A DNA stretch of 64,000 nt from the human T2T-CHM13v2.0 reference genome, Homo sapiens. Positions 22,982 to 35,878 of this stretch are shown here, in pieces (position 1 is the stretch's first letter; every line of letters begins with the position of its first letter). The stretch lies in NCBI RefSeq assembly GCF_009914755.1, contig NC_060927.1. One strand, given 5' to 3'. The position numbers were made by a program, and so were the translations under genes. The notes under the pieces were generated by a model. That model was not told the origin of the DNA. It did no database searches and saw only the letters and a program-made list of their open reading frames with translations.

Positions 22982-25900
22982 TTTTTATTTCCAAATTTTA
23001 TTTTAGGATCAGGAGGTGTATGTGCAGGTTTGTTACATGGGCAAATTTCATGTCATGGAGGTTTGGGGTACAGGCTAATTTTGTCATCCAGATAATCAGC
23101 TTAGTACCTGATAAGTAGTTTTTTAATCCTCATCCTTCTCCCAACCTCCACCGTCAATTAGGCCCCAGTGTCTGCTATGCTCTTCTTTGTGTCCATGTGA
23201 ACTCAATGTTTAGATCTCACTTACAGTAAATGATAACATGTAATATTTGGTTTTCTGTCCCTGCTTTAACTCACTTAGGATAATGACCTTCAGCTCCATC
23301 CATTTTGCTGCAAAGGACATAACCACATTTTTATAGCTGTATAGTATTTCATGGTGTATATGTATCACATTTTCTTAGTCCACTCCCCTGCTGATGGGCA
23401 TCTAGTTTGAGTTCATGTCTTTGCTAAGGTAAATAGTGCTTTGATGAAAATATGTGTGCATGTGTCTTTATGGTAGAATGATTTATATTCCATTAGGTAT
23501 ATACTATGTGATGCAATTGCTGGGTTGAATAGTAGCTCTATTTTAAGTTCTTTGAGAAATCTTCAGACTGTTTTCTACAGTGGCTGTACTAATTTAAATT
23601 CCCATCAGCACTGTATAATTGTTCCTTTTTTCTTGGCAACCTTGCCAGCATCTGCTATTTTTTGACTTTCTAATAATAGCCATACTGACTGGTATGAATG
23701 GTATTTCATTGTGGTTTTTATCTGCATTTCTCTAATGCTTAGTGATATTTAGTATTTTTTCATGTGCTTGTTGGATGCACTTGTGTCTTCTTTTGAGAAG
23801 TGTCCAGTCATGTCTTTTGCCCATGTTTTAATTGAGTCGTTTATTTTTTGCTTGGTGATTTCTTTGAGTTCCTTACAGTTCGTGGGTATTAGAGCTCTGT
23901 CAGATGCACAGTTGCAAATTTTCTTCTATCACATAGGTTGTCTGTTTACCTTGTTGGTCATTTCTTTTGCTGTGCAGAAGTTTTAAGTTTAATTAGGTAT
24001 CACTTGTTAATTTTTTGGTTATTGTTGCAATTGCTTTTGGAGCCTTCCTCATGATATATTTGCTGGGGCTAATGCTCAGTACAGTGGTTCCTTCCCACAG
24101 ATTTTCTTCTAGGGATTTTATAGCTTTAGGTTTTACATTCAAGTCTTTAATCCATCTTGAGTTGATTTTTGTATATGTTGAAAGATAGGTGGTCCAGTTT
24201 CAATCATCTGCATATTGCTACCAGTTATACCAGCAGCAGTTTATTGAACAGGAAGTCCATTCCCCATTGCCTATTTTCATCAGCTTTGTCATAGATCAGA
24301 TGGTTGTAGGTGTGTGGCTTTATTTCTGGGTTCTCTAACCTATTTCATTGGTCCATGTGTATCTTTTTGTACCAGTATCATGCTGTTTTATGTACAGTAT
24401 CCTTGCAGTATAGTTTGAAGTCAGGTAATACAATATCTCTGCTTTGTTCTTTTGGCTTAGGTTTGTTTTGGCTATTTGGGCTCTTTTTTTGGTGCCAAAT
24501 TAATTTTAGAATAGTTTTATTAATTTTGTGAAGAATGTTGTTGGTAATTTGATATGAATAGCATTGAATCTGTAAATTGCTTTGAACAGTATGGCCTTTT
24601 TAACAATATTGAGTCTTCTTATCCATGAGTATGGAATGTTTTTCCATTTGTTTGTGTTGTCTCTGATTTCTTTCAGCAGGGTTTTATAGTACTTCTCGCA
24701 GAGATCTTTTACTTCCTTTGTTAGCTGTATTCCTAGGTAGGTTATTTTGTCTGTGGCTATTTTAAATGGAATTATGTTCTGGATTTGGTTCTCAGCTAGA
24801 ATGTTATTGGTGTAAAAAAATGCTACATATTTTTGTACATTGATTTTGTATTCTGAAACCCTGCTGAAGTTGTTTATCAGAACTAGGAAACTTTGGGCAG
24901 AGTCTATGGGGTTTTCTAGGTAGAGAATCATATCATCTGTGGAAGAGGTAGTTTGGCTTCCTTTCTTCCTACTTGGACGTCTTTTATTTTTTTGTCTTGC
25001 CCGATTCCTTTGTCTAGGACTTCCAGTATTCTCTTGAATAGGAGTGGTGAGAGTGGGCATCCTTGTCTTTTTCCGTGCTCAAAGAGAATATTTCTAGCTT
25101 TTGCTCACTCAACATGATGTTGGCTGTGTGTCACAGATAACTGTTATTATTTTGAGGTATATTCCTTTGATGCTTAGTTTGTGGAGGGTTTTTAACATGA
25201 AGGGATGTTGAACTTTATAGAAAGCCTTTTCTGCTTCTATTGAGATGATTATGCTATTTTTGTTTTTAGTTCTATTTATGTGGTGAGTCTTGTTTATGGA
25301 ATTGTGTATGTGGAACCAACTTTGTATCCCAGGAATAAAGCCTACTTGATCATGTTGGATTAGCGTTTTTGATGTGCAGTTAAGATTCAGCTTGCTAGTA
25401 TTTTGTTGAAGATTTTTGCATCCATGTTCCTTATGGATATTGGCCTGAAGTTTTCTTTTTTTGTCATTGTGTCTCTGCCATTTTTGATATCAGAGTGATG
25501 CTGGCCTGAAAGAATGAGTTAGAGAGAAACCCCTTCTCGTAATTTTTTTCAATAGTTTCAGTAGGATTTGTAACAGTTCTTCTTCAAACATCTGCTAGAA
25601 TTCAGCTTTGAATCCATCTTGTCCTGGGGTTTTTCTGGTTGATAGGTTTTTTTTTTTTTCTTCTTAAATTACTGATTCAGTTTGGTCTGTTCTGGGTTTC
25701 AATTTCTTCCTGGTTTAATCTTGGGAGATTGGATGTTTCCAGGAATTTACCCATTTTTTCGAGGTATTCCAGTTTATGTGCTAATAAGTGTTCATAATAG
25801 TCTCCAAGAGTTTTTTGTATTTCTGTGGGGTCAATGGTAGTGTCTTCTTTGTCATATCCCATTGTGTTTATTTGGATCTTCTCTCTTTTTTTCTTTATTA

Positions 25901-26300
25901 GCCTAGCTAGTGGTCTATATATCTTATTTATTCTTTCAAAAACCAACTTTTGGTTTTATTGATGTTTTGTATGTTTTCTTCTCATCTCCACTTTATTCAG
26001 TTCAGCACTGATTTCTTGTCTTCTGCTAGTTCTGGGGTTGGTTTGTTCTTTTTTTTCTAGTTCCTCTAGGTATGATGTTAGTTTGTTAATTTGAGATCTT
26101 TGTAACTTTTTTATGTGGGTGTTTAGCACTATAAACTTTCATCGTAACTCTGCTAAGGTATATCTCAGGGCTTTCAATAGGTTTTAACCTTGTTTTCATT
26201 TATTTCAATTTTTTTATTTCTGTCTTAATGTTATTGTTTTCCTGAAAGTGATTCAGAGGCAGACTGTTTATTTTCCATGTAATTTTATGGTTATAGTGAT
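22982..26300 (-). mobile_element. 5'-truncated LINE-1, L1PA15/16-like
   Basis: 3'UTR ..CCTCCACCGTCAATTAGGCCCCAGTGTC..; ORF2 fragments ([18 protein letters not shown]) on the minus strand. Confidence 0.9.
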
Positions 26301-27390
26301 TTACTTGTGTTCATAATTTTTCATTTCAATCTTTTTATAAACATTTAATTTATTGCAAGGGAAGGGAGAATGGTGTTTAAAGATGTGAAACACTATCATG
26401 GATACTATGGCTAAGAAATGAAGATAGGAACTGGAGACTAGGATGCTGAGGCTATTGTGCAGCCTCAGGATCTCCAAATTCACCTATCTTTTCTTCCCTG
26501 CAGGAATCTAAACTCAAAGGAGATGAGGAATTTGAAAAAAGGTCAATGACAAGAGCTTAGAATGAGCTAGTTCATGATGCTGGTTTCTCTCCCAGTATGC
26601 TACTGGTACTTTTACTCATTATCATGAGGTAAAACTCTTGCTGAGCAGCCACCATCTGCCTTATTTATTCTTAACTTTGAGAGATTAAGACATTGAAAAC
26701 ATATGCACAAATTCTTTATGCATAAACAAATACATGCATAAATAAGTAGGTGAATTAATTATAAAAGCATAAGAAGCCGCATTTAGAGATTATGCAAGTC
26801 CAGCTCATCAATGACACAGCTATCAAATTAAATCACTCCATGTAAGAGTAATTGTGTTACTTAATTCTTTGATTCTTTTTCCTAGACAGTTGTTTTAGGA
26901 AATGGGCACAAATACTAACTCTAACAATAATGACAGAAAAAGGCACCTTTTTATGCATTATTATTCCAGATTGTCTTAGTCACAATTCCCACTCATTCTC
27001 AATAGGACGTCTAGATTCTACCAACACTCTTCTGTAAGTACACCTTTATCTTTCTCACTTTTATATTATTCTCATTCATACTACCCTCCAGAACCACCAC
27101 TACCATTCTGAAATCATTTCCTTCTCTTTTTGCATACTGTATGCTACATGTATGCTGTTTATATATACCAGTCTCCTTTTCAAACCCTGTGCTGTTGGGG
27201 AAATCTTTTGTGATGCACTACCCAGCTCCAGCCTCTGAAACCCCACAACACTAATTATTAGATACATTATATTTATTGTTGTCACTTGTTGTCTCATATT
27301 TTTCTGCTTTTCTGCATCTGTTTCTCAACTCACAACCTTCTAAAGGACATTGGCCAGATACTAAAACATTTTCAAATTTTCTTGATCATT

Positions 27391-27744
27391 AGTATTAGTC
27401 CGTGTTCATGCTGCTGATAAAGACATATCTGAGACTGGGAAGAAAAAGAAGTTTAATTGTATTTATAGTTCCACATGGCTGGGGAGGCCTGAGAATCATG
27501 GTGGGAAGTGAACGGCACTTCTTACATGATGGTAGCAAGAGGAAAATGACGAGAAGCAAAAGCAGAAACCCCTGATAAAGCCATCAGATCTCATGAGACT
27601 TATTCACTATCATGAGAATAGTATGAGAAAGACCAGCCCCCATGATTCAATTACCTCCTCCTGGGTCCCTCCCACAACACGTGGGAATTATGGGAGACAC
27701 AATTCAAGCTGAGATTTGGGTGGAGACACAGCCAAACTATATCA
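27391..27744 (-). mobile_element. THE1 (THE1A/C-like) solo LTR
   Basis: GTATTAGTCCGTG..GCTGCTGATAAAGACAT..GGGTCCCTCCCACAACACGTGGGAATT..GCCAAACTATATCA; ~354 bp; no clean 5-bp TSD seen. Confidence 0.92.
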
Positions 27745-27805
27745 GTGCTTTTCACATCCCATGACACAGGTGAGGTGTTCAATTAATATTTGAGTTGTGA
27801 TTGCA

Positions 27806-27815
27806 ACTTTTATCC

Positions 27816-27847
<32 letters not shown>

Positions 27848-28113
27848 CTTTCTCCGTCCCTCCTCTTTCTTTCTTTCTTTCTTTTTCTTTCTCTTTCTTT
27901 CTTTCTTTCTCTTTCTTTCTTTCTTTCTTTCTTTCTCTTTCTTTCTTTCTTTCTTCCTTTCCTTTCTCCCTCCCTCCGTCCCTCCTTTCTTTCTTTTCTT
28001 TCTTCCTTCCTTTCTTTCTTTTTCTTTCTTTCTCTCTCTCTTCCTTTCTTCCTCCCTTCTTTCCTTCCTTCCTTCCTTCCCTCCCTCCCTTCTTTCCCTT
28101 CCTTCCTTCCTTT

Positions 28114-28144
<31 letters not shown>

Positions 28145-28206
28145 CTCTCTCTGTCTCTGTCTCTCTCTCTCTCTCTCCCTTTCTCTCTCTCTATCTCTTC
28201 TTTTTA
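27806..28206. repeat. Complex polypyrimidine microsatellite (TTTC)n/(TTCC)n/(CT)n
   Basis: About 400 bp that is almost exclusively C/T on the + strand. Confidence 0.97.
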
Positions 28207-28789
28207 AAGATTTAAACTCTCTATAAATGCCTATGGGCTTATGGGATTGACACACACTTTAGGTCCTAAAATGGTTACTTAGTCATTCATAAATTTTTAG
28301 CTAAAAGTGGCAACTGGTGCCAACGTTGCAATAATCATTCTGTGAGTTAGGTGGTCTAAGCCTTTGAGTTTGCTCATTGGCTACAGCATTGAAAAGTCAT
28401 TGTCTTAGGAAGCTAAATTTTATTGAAATTGCTACCCCGTTTATATTTTATACTATGATTTATAAAAATCAGTTAATAATTAACTTTTGCTTTCATGCCT
28501 CTTTTTAAAAGTGCTTTAGTGTTTCACAACTGTCCCATGTGCATATATTTTACACACACCTATAACAATACTTGAATACAATAGATGTAAGATATTTGAT
28601 CATTAAATCAGATATATATATGCAGAGCAAAACATTCATTGTGAATTCATTTCTTGGATATCTAAGTTCAAAAAGTGAATATGTAACTAGTAAATTGATA
28701 TGATTTTGAAAAACGAAACTATGTTCCATGCTAGAGAAGGTAACGTATGGGAAAGAATCATGTACACTTCAATATAATTAATTATGTTA

Positions 28790-29050
28790 AATGAAATAAA
28801 TAATGTTAAACCAGATTAGAATAGTATTAAAATAATATGACCAAGCAGAGTTTATTCTACAAATGCAAATTTGGTTCAATATCAAGAAATCTATCAGTTT
28901 GTCACATCTCTCTGTGCAAAGAAAGTATTTGATTCAACATCTAGTTCTAAAATTTTATAGTTACATAGGAATTAAAAGAAATTGTTAGTATGAGTAAAAT
29001 GTGATTGAGAATATAAATCTGTTAGCAAATATTGTAAATAAATGGGGAAT
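28790..29050 (+). mobile_element. Ancient L1ME ORF2 fragment
   Basis: ATGACCAAGCAGAGTTTATTCTACAAATGCAAATTTGGTTCAATATCAAGAAATC. Confidence 0.5.
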
Positions 29051-30729
29051 CAGAGATTCCTTATGTTTGGTTCTAGCCTTGGTATTTAGCAAAGCTTTAT
29101 TCTGGCTGCTTTGGCCTCAAACTTTGGATATCTCAATCAGCAATTAGTTTATTCAAGGTTATTTCTGGCTTACCTAAACTTGCACATGAACTTTAACCTT
29201 GTGATAGCATAATTCACCATTTACTCTAATCAATTAAACATTTATATAAACTAACATGCTATTAAGATTTATTTTAAATAGCGAACTATTCACCTTCAAA
29301 GAGAAATAGTCATCTAAATGTAACTTGAAATATTTAAAATATTGAAAATATTATTCATTTAAATCACTACTATATATCAATTATTATAAGAATGAAATGC
29401 TACTGTAAGTGGTGATGACTGGAAGCATGAAATATTTTGAATAAAAACAATGATTACTAACATTAGATATTTAAATGAAAATGGATATAAACAATCAAAT
29501 ACTAAGATACAAGGCATTAACTAAACAACATTTAGAAACACATTGTATCTTTTTTGAACAAATTAAAGTTTGTAAACATTTAAAAAAGTATCGCAAGGCC
29601 AAATATTTACTTATACCACTTATACCACTGACGCATAATAAGGACTGAAAGAAAGCCAATTGTGATTGGAATTATTCTAATTAGATTTACTATAAATAAT
29701 CAACGTCAGCAAAAGTCCTGGAATATTACTTTTTTTCACAATCTCACTTCTTCATTCCATTCCTCATTCATTCCATTCATTCATTCTATGTGAAAGAATG
29801 CTCTGTGAACACATTATCGGCATTCAGTGTTCTAGTTAGGCACATAGCAAAGAGTTTTGTCCAGGATATAAAACGGTTACTTCTTTTCCTTAAAAAAAAA
29901 TCACTGCTTGCATGTTCATTATGTTTTATACATTAAAATAAGGTATCACAGAGTCTGCTAAGAAATGTGTAGAAAATATGTCTACGGAGGGTTGTTAAAA
30001 CCTGTTTGATGGCATGACCTACAAATGGGGTAGATTTTTAAAATAGTTCCTTCTTTGCCCTATATGGGCTTTAAGAGTTAACCACTTTAAACTGGCATCC
30101 ACATTTAGAGTCTTCTGAGTTTAGTGTCGGGATAATGCTACTGAAATCAGGTCATCTCAGATACTCTGAAGTCGTTTGCTGTGGCCCTCAGTGAAAGGAC
30201 TAGGAGAAGTGAAGTCACCTCTGATATTGTAGATTCCAAGGAATAAAGACTGAGAACATGTTTGACCTGTTTCTGAGATCTTTGAAAACAAAGAGATTAG
30301 TTTGATGGTAGAATTTATATATGAGCAGAATTAGTAGCCATAATAATTAAGAATACATTCATTTCTTAATTCATTCACTCATTTTCTCACTATCCCAAAT
30401 GTTTATGGATCATAAAAGTATATATTATGAACACTATTTGCAGACCTTGTATCTATGCTAAAAAGCCATAAATCCAAATCGGTAAAGAGATTACAGGTTA
30501 GCTAGAAATACAGTTTTGAAAAATTAAAGGCTATTCTATTACCAGTATTATTAGTCCATGTAATTTTTTAAAAAATTGTTATTTTAAGGCCAGGGAAGTC
30601 TCTCATAGAAATCTTTGTATAATGTTCATGCTTGTCATATTCCTAAGATGACTCCTGGGAGCATTTTTACATTTTGGAATCTTGTATATTTCCAGATAGA
30701 GAAAGAGTAACTCTTCTATGAGCATTCTC

Positions 30730-30900
30730 TGCAGTGAAAAAGATCACTGGATTGGAAATGAAGAGCTGAGTTATCATATCATCTTTACAATAAATTGCTT
30801 TGTAACATAAGGGGAGTTCCTTATTTTGTTTGTATTTAAATTTCCTCAGTAATTAAAGAAGCAAGTTAATGCATATCCTTCTAGTTCTAAAATTCAATGG
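30730..30900 (+). mobile_element. MIR-family SINE relic
   Basis: GCAGTGAAAAAGATCACTGGATTGGAA..TTTCCTCAG..CCTTCTAGTTCTAAAATTC. Confidence 0.55.
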
Positions 30901-31309
30901 ATTTACTAATTAGAAAAAATGTTAATATCTTGGACTTTTCACTCTCCTCCTTGAAAAACTCATCACTTAATGATCTTCAATAAGTCTCCCTACAAAAAGA
31001 GACTCTCAGGTAACTAAAAAGTACGGATTTCTGTTATCATCTGCTTTCCATAAGAGGCAACTGATTACCAAAACACCCATCATCATATTCACTTATCTAT
31101 TTTTGCCTTCACGGCAGAGACAAATAAAGTTCATTAAATCAATATGTTCCTCTCTATTTTCCAGGATTTATTACAGTTGTATTATGACAATATGACTGTG
31201 TTTTGGTAAATAAATATAAGTAGAAGTGATGAATCACTCTGGTTCTGTGCCTGTTAGAGTCCTTGTTTCTCCTTTACCTCTTTCTTTTCTTTGCTAAGGA
31301 GACACAGGA

Positions 31310-31503
31310 GGACACATGTCACAAAGGCAAATTTTAGATTACTATGAAATTTGCTTGATCTCTAGGTCCTTAGATGGAGGACAATCTCTATATACCCCAA
31401 TATACTTTGTATGAATGAGAAATTAAGTTTAGTTGTGCTAAGCAACTGAGAGTTAAGAATACATTTGTTATTACAATGTAACTTAGTTAATCCTGACTAA
31501 TAT
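31310..31503 (+). mobile_element. MLT1 LTR 3' fragment
   Basis: GTTGTGCTAAGCAACTGAGA..TTTGTTATTACAATGTAACTTAGTTAATCCTGACTAATATA. Confidence 0.55.
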
Positions 31504-31629
31504 AACCTCTATATTGTGGCTTTTCTATCATAAGTTTCTTCAAAAAATTGAGGTGAATTTACAAGACATAATATGCAGATAACTATATCAGCATTGAATA
31601 TGTTAATGATTTTATGTTATCCTATTTTT

Positions 31630-31930
<301 letters not shown>

Positions 31931-32214
31931 TATCCTATTTTTCTTACATTTAGGGAAAACTGATCAAAGTTTCTTGGCCTTCACCTGACTAATTATTTTC
32001 TTCTTAATTGATTGCCCTGAATACTTATAAAGTTTCCACTAATTGAGAAAGAGGACTTCAGAAAATACAATGCTGTTTAAGGGAAGAACAACTCTTTAAA
32101 TGTAAACTTTGCAGATAGTTTTCTGTTTGAAATTATTCAACTATAGTTTTACATGAACAACTTATACATGCTGATTTATACAGGGTATTTTTATGTAAAA
32201 TATCTATAAGTGAA

Positions 32215-32554
32215 TGATATAGTTTAGATGTTTGTCCCCTTCAACTTCCATGTTGAAATTTGATCTCCGATGTTGGAGGTGGGGCCTGGTGGAAGATGTT
32301 TAGGCATGGAGACAGAGCCCTTGGTAATGAAGAATTCTCCCTCTATTAGTTCCCTTGAGAACTGATTGTTGAAAAGAGCGTAACACCTCCTGTTCACTCT
32401 TTCTTGCTTTCTCTCTCCATGTGACACATCGGCTCTATGAGTGGAAGCAGCCTGAAGCCCTCACCAGAAACGGATGCTGGCAAATAAAACTCTTTTCTTT
32501 AGAGGCTACCCAGTCTCAGGTATTCCTTTATAGAAACACAACTGGATTAAGACA
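32215..32554 (+). mobile_element. MSTB-like solo LTR with internal deletions
   Basis: TGATATAGTTTAGATG..CCAGTCTCAGGTATTCCTTTATAG..TTAAGACA; TSD GTGAA/GTGAG. Confidence 0.85.
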
Positions 32555-32634
32555 GTGAGCTTTTAAAGCTCAAATCAATGATTTTTTTAAAATTATAGAA
32601 TGTGGAAAATAGCCATATGAGATCATTTCCACTA

Positions 32635-32900
32635 TAGCCAGAAGGATAATTACTGCATGATTCCTTGTATGTGAGGTATCTAAAATAGTCACTCGTAGAA
32701 GGGCAGAATACCATGGTGGTTGCCAAAAGCTGGGGGTAGGGAGAAAGAAAGTGTTGCTTATCAACAGGTATAAAATTTCAGTTTTGCAATATGAACAAGT
32801 TCTAAAGATCTGCTGTACAACAGTGTGCCCATAGATAACAATCTTTGCCTTTTGGACAAAAACTCTACAGTCTTTGGATAATGTAAAAGAACCTTTGTAA
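32635..32900 (+). mobile_element. L1MB-like 3' end fragment
   Basis: TACTGCATGATTCC..GAGGTATCTAAAATAGTCA..GGTGGTTGCCA..AAGTTCTAAAGATCTGCTGTACAAC. Confidence 0.7.
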
Positions 32901-33813
32901 TTTATGTGGTCATCATTGATTTTCATCACTTTTTCCTCTCATACCAGGGTTTTAGTCCCACCTAATTTTGTACTAACCTCCTGCCTTTTCACGCCTCTGT
33001 ATGTTTCCATATGTCCTCTGCATAGATGCTATTTACTCCTTGTTTGGCAAAAGACATCATCTTCCTTCACTATCCTTCTTACTGCCATTCTCTCTATTGT
33101 TATTACTAATTTCTTCATACACTGCAGGTTCTTTCCTTGTTTATACTTCCAGGGTACATTTCCCATGCTTCTGATTATGTGACAAAAATTTAAATTTTTT
33201 TTTAGAATATTCTTTACCCTTTCTATTATGACTTCTGGAGAGTAAGGATACCGTATAATTCATTCCCATATCCTGAGAACCAATCAATGAAAAGCCTTCA
33301 AAAATAAATAAAGTAGTATATTCTTTTACATATAATTTTAATAAGAAATTATTGCTGGTTACTATAAAGGAAGACTGACAACTGGAAATCCCATTTTGGA
33401 GAGCAGGGTTTCACTTTATTGAATATGTACTTTCGTGAATTTTGACTAGAAATTTTGGTAGAAAGCATTCTGAAAAAATCTATTCGAATTTAATATGATT
33501 AAGATTATAAAAATCTATTCAAATTATGCAATATTTACTGGTTGGACACAGTTCAGATAATTTCCAGTAATTCAGAAGCCATGTGAAATTTGGGGCTCAG
33601 CCATGTATTTTCTGTAAGAACTTTTTTTTTTCTGCAAAGATGCATTTTGATACTAGCTTTTTAGGCAGGTAGAGGAAACCCTGATGCCATAAAATTTCTG
33701 ACAATAATTTAAGTGATATAGATGGCATGACGGGATTCTGGCCGGGAAAATACTAGAAGTACCAAGCAGCCATGATTTCCTATGCTAGTTAATCTGAAAC
33801 AGGGCATAAAATG

Positions 33814-34530
33814 CAGATGCTCCTCAACTTATAATAGGATTACTTTCTGATAAACTCATCTGTCTTAATTTATGTGTTTTGCTTTAAAGAAATTCAAAGG
33901 CTGGACAATTTATAAAGAAAAGAGGTTTATCTCACAGTTCTGCAGGCTATACCAGAAGCACTGGCATCCACTTCTGGTAAAGGCCTCAGAAGTCTTCTAC
34001 TCATGATGGAAGAGGAAGGGGAGCCAGTGTGCTCGGAGGTCATATGGTGAGAGAGGAAGTAAGAAACAGAGAAGGGGGGGTGACAGGTTTTTTAAAACAA
34101 TCATCAATCGTTATGTTGGGAACTAACAGAGTGAGAACTCACTCATTATGGTGAGGTCAGCACCAAGCCATTCTTTAAGGATCTGCCCTCATGACCCAAA
34201 AAAAACTTTCAGTAGGCCCACCTCCAACATTGGGGATCAATTTCAACCTGAGGTCTAATGGGTCAAAAATCTAAACTATAGAACCATCTAAGTAAAATAT
34301 ATCATGAGTTAAAAGTGCATGTAATGCTGGCAACACAGCAGACGGTGCCTGATTTATGATAGTTTGACTCAGGATTTTTTTGAATTCACAGTGGTGCAAA
34401 AGCAATAGGCATTCAGTAGAAATAATAACATCATTGTAAGTGGTAACAAGGTCTTCCGCTAATGTTAAGGTTACATCCAAATAAATCAATTGTAAAGTTG
34501 AAAATTCTTCAGTCAGTTAGGGACTGTCTG
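33814..34530. mobile_element. MER47/Tigger5-like DNA transposon, split by an MST LTR
   Basis: Left end CAGATGCTCCTCAACTTA; right end GGGACTGTCTG followed by TA; internal CAGACGGTGCCTGATTTATGAT. Confidence 0.7.
33861..34283 (-). mobile_element. MSTB1-like solo LTR
   Basis: TGTCTTAAT..AATTTATAAAGAAAAGAGGTTTA..CCACCTCCAACATTGGGGATCAA..; TSD TCATC/CCATC. Confidence 0.85.
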
Positions 34531-34782
34531 TAATGATAGCTCCTTGAATATATGGCAATGCTTAAGTTCATCTGAGGTAGAACCAATTGTCAGGAACAAT
34601 GAAATGCATATTTAGATGGTTTCAACTATAGTGGTAGGGTATTTCTGGAGGACTTAAATGTTTGGTTGTCAGGGTATTGAGGATCATTATAATAAAAACT
34701 ACCTCTTAAAAATTCTTTATAAAGGTACTATAATACCTTGGAGCTCAATATACAATCTGTGTGTGTTTCCAACCTAGCTAAT

Positions 34783-35178
34783 TATCCTAGCTTATTTTGT
34801 GCTGCTATAATACAATACCTGAGACTGAATAGTTTATAATGAACAGAGATTTCCTTCTTACAGTTCAGGACGCTAGGAAGTCCAAAGTCAAAGAGTCCAC
34901 ATCTAGCAAGGGCTTTCTTGCTGTGTCATTCCATGGCAGAAGTTGAAAGGAAAAGAGAGCATGCCAGAGAGAGAGAGAGATAGAGAGGAAGAGGGAGAGA
35001 GTGTGCAAGAGGTTGAAGTTGCTGCCACAAGCAATTTATAATTGGCATTAATCCATTTATTAAAGTGGAACTTTCACATGCTAAGCCACTTCCCATTAAG
35101 CCCCACCTCCCACCACAGTTACATTGTGGATGAAGTTTCTAATATGTGCTTTTTGGGGGACACATTCAAACCATAGCA
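34783..35178 (-). mobile_element. MSTC/MSTD-like solo LTR with internal (GA)n
   Basis: GTGCTGCTATAATACAATACCTGAGACTG..GGGGGACACATTCAAACCATAGCA; TSD CTAAT/CAAAT. Confidence 0.85.
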
Positions 35179-35732
35179 CAAATATGCCCATATTAGCATA
35201 TACTGGTGTTTCTTAACTGGAGCATCAGATGAAGAATTGGATCCGCAATTAGGGATCATTTTTTCCAATAAAAAGTTATACTGATAACAAACAGCAACAT
35301 TACAATTAGTACGAAGCGAAGGAAGAACTGATTTATGCTTCAATTTTGCACTCACAATAGCACAAATCTTCATGGAATAGAATGGGCTAAATTTCCTTTA
35401 CTATTTAAATTGCTATTGAATATGAACTGTTAAATTCATATTCTCTCTTGCTGTAAGTAAAACAGGTATTTTATATCACTCTCTCTATAAAATTTAATAA
35501 TTTTTAAATTTGTGTACATACTGTAATCTCTTTGCTGATATGGTGAAGGCCATGACTTAAAGCCTTTGTAAAATGCATTCGTCTTCTTAACAAAAAACCT
35601 GTTGTTTCAAAAAATTTTGATAATGAGGGAGCAGGAAAGGGAGTATGTCATTCAATGCAATTCAAGAACCAATCAGTGAACTACAGCTCAATAATATCAT
35701 TTTGGAATTTTAAAAAGAGTAATTATTTACTT

Positions 35733-35878
35733 AATTTTTTGTGGAGAGAGGGCCTGGCTGAAATCAACCCAGGCTATTCACAGGCATGGTTCATTGTAGC
35801 CTTGAACTCTTGGATTCAAGAAATATTCCTGTCTCAGCCACCCAAGTAGCTGAGACTACAAGTGTCCATCACTGTACT
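35733..35878 (-). mobile_element. FAM-like fossil Alu monomer
   Basis: Contains the 7SL/FAM motif GGCTATTCACAGGC followed by GCCTTGAACTCTTGGATTCAAG..AGTAGCTGAGACTACA. Confidence 0.7.

Noticed and set aside
27779-28255. Four 136-158 aa ORFs rich in R/E/K or F/L/S
   Set aside because: Stop-free only because they run through the polypyrimidine microsatellite.
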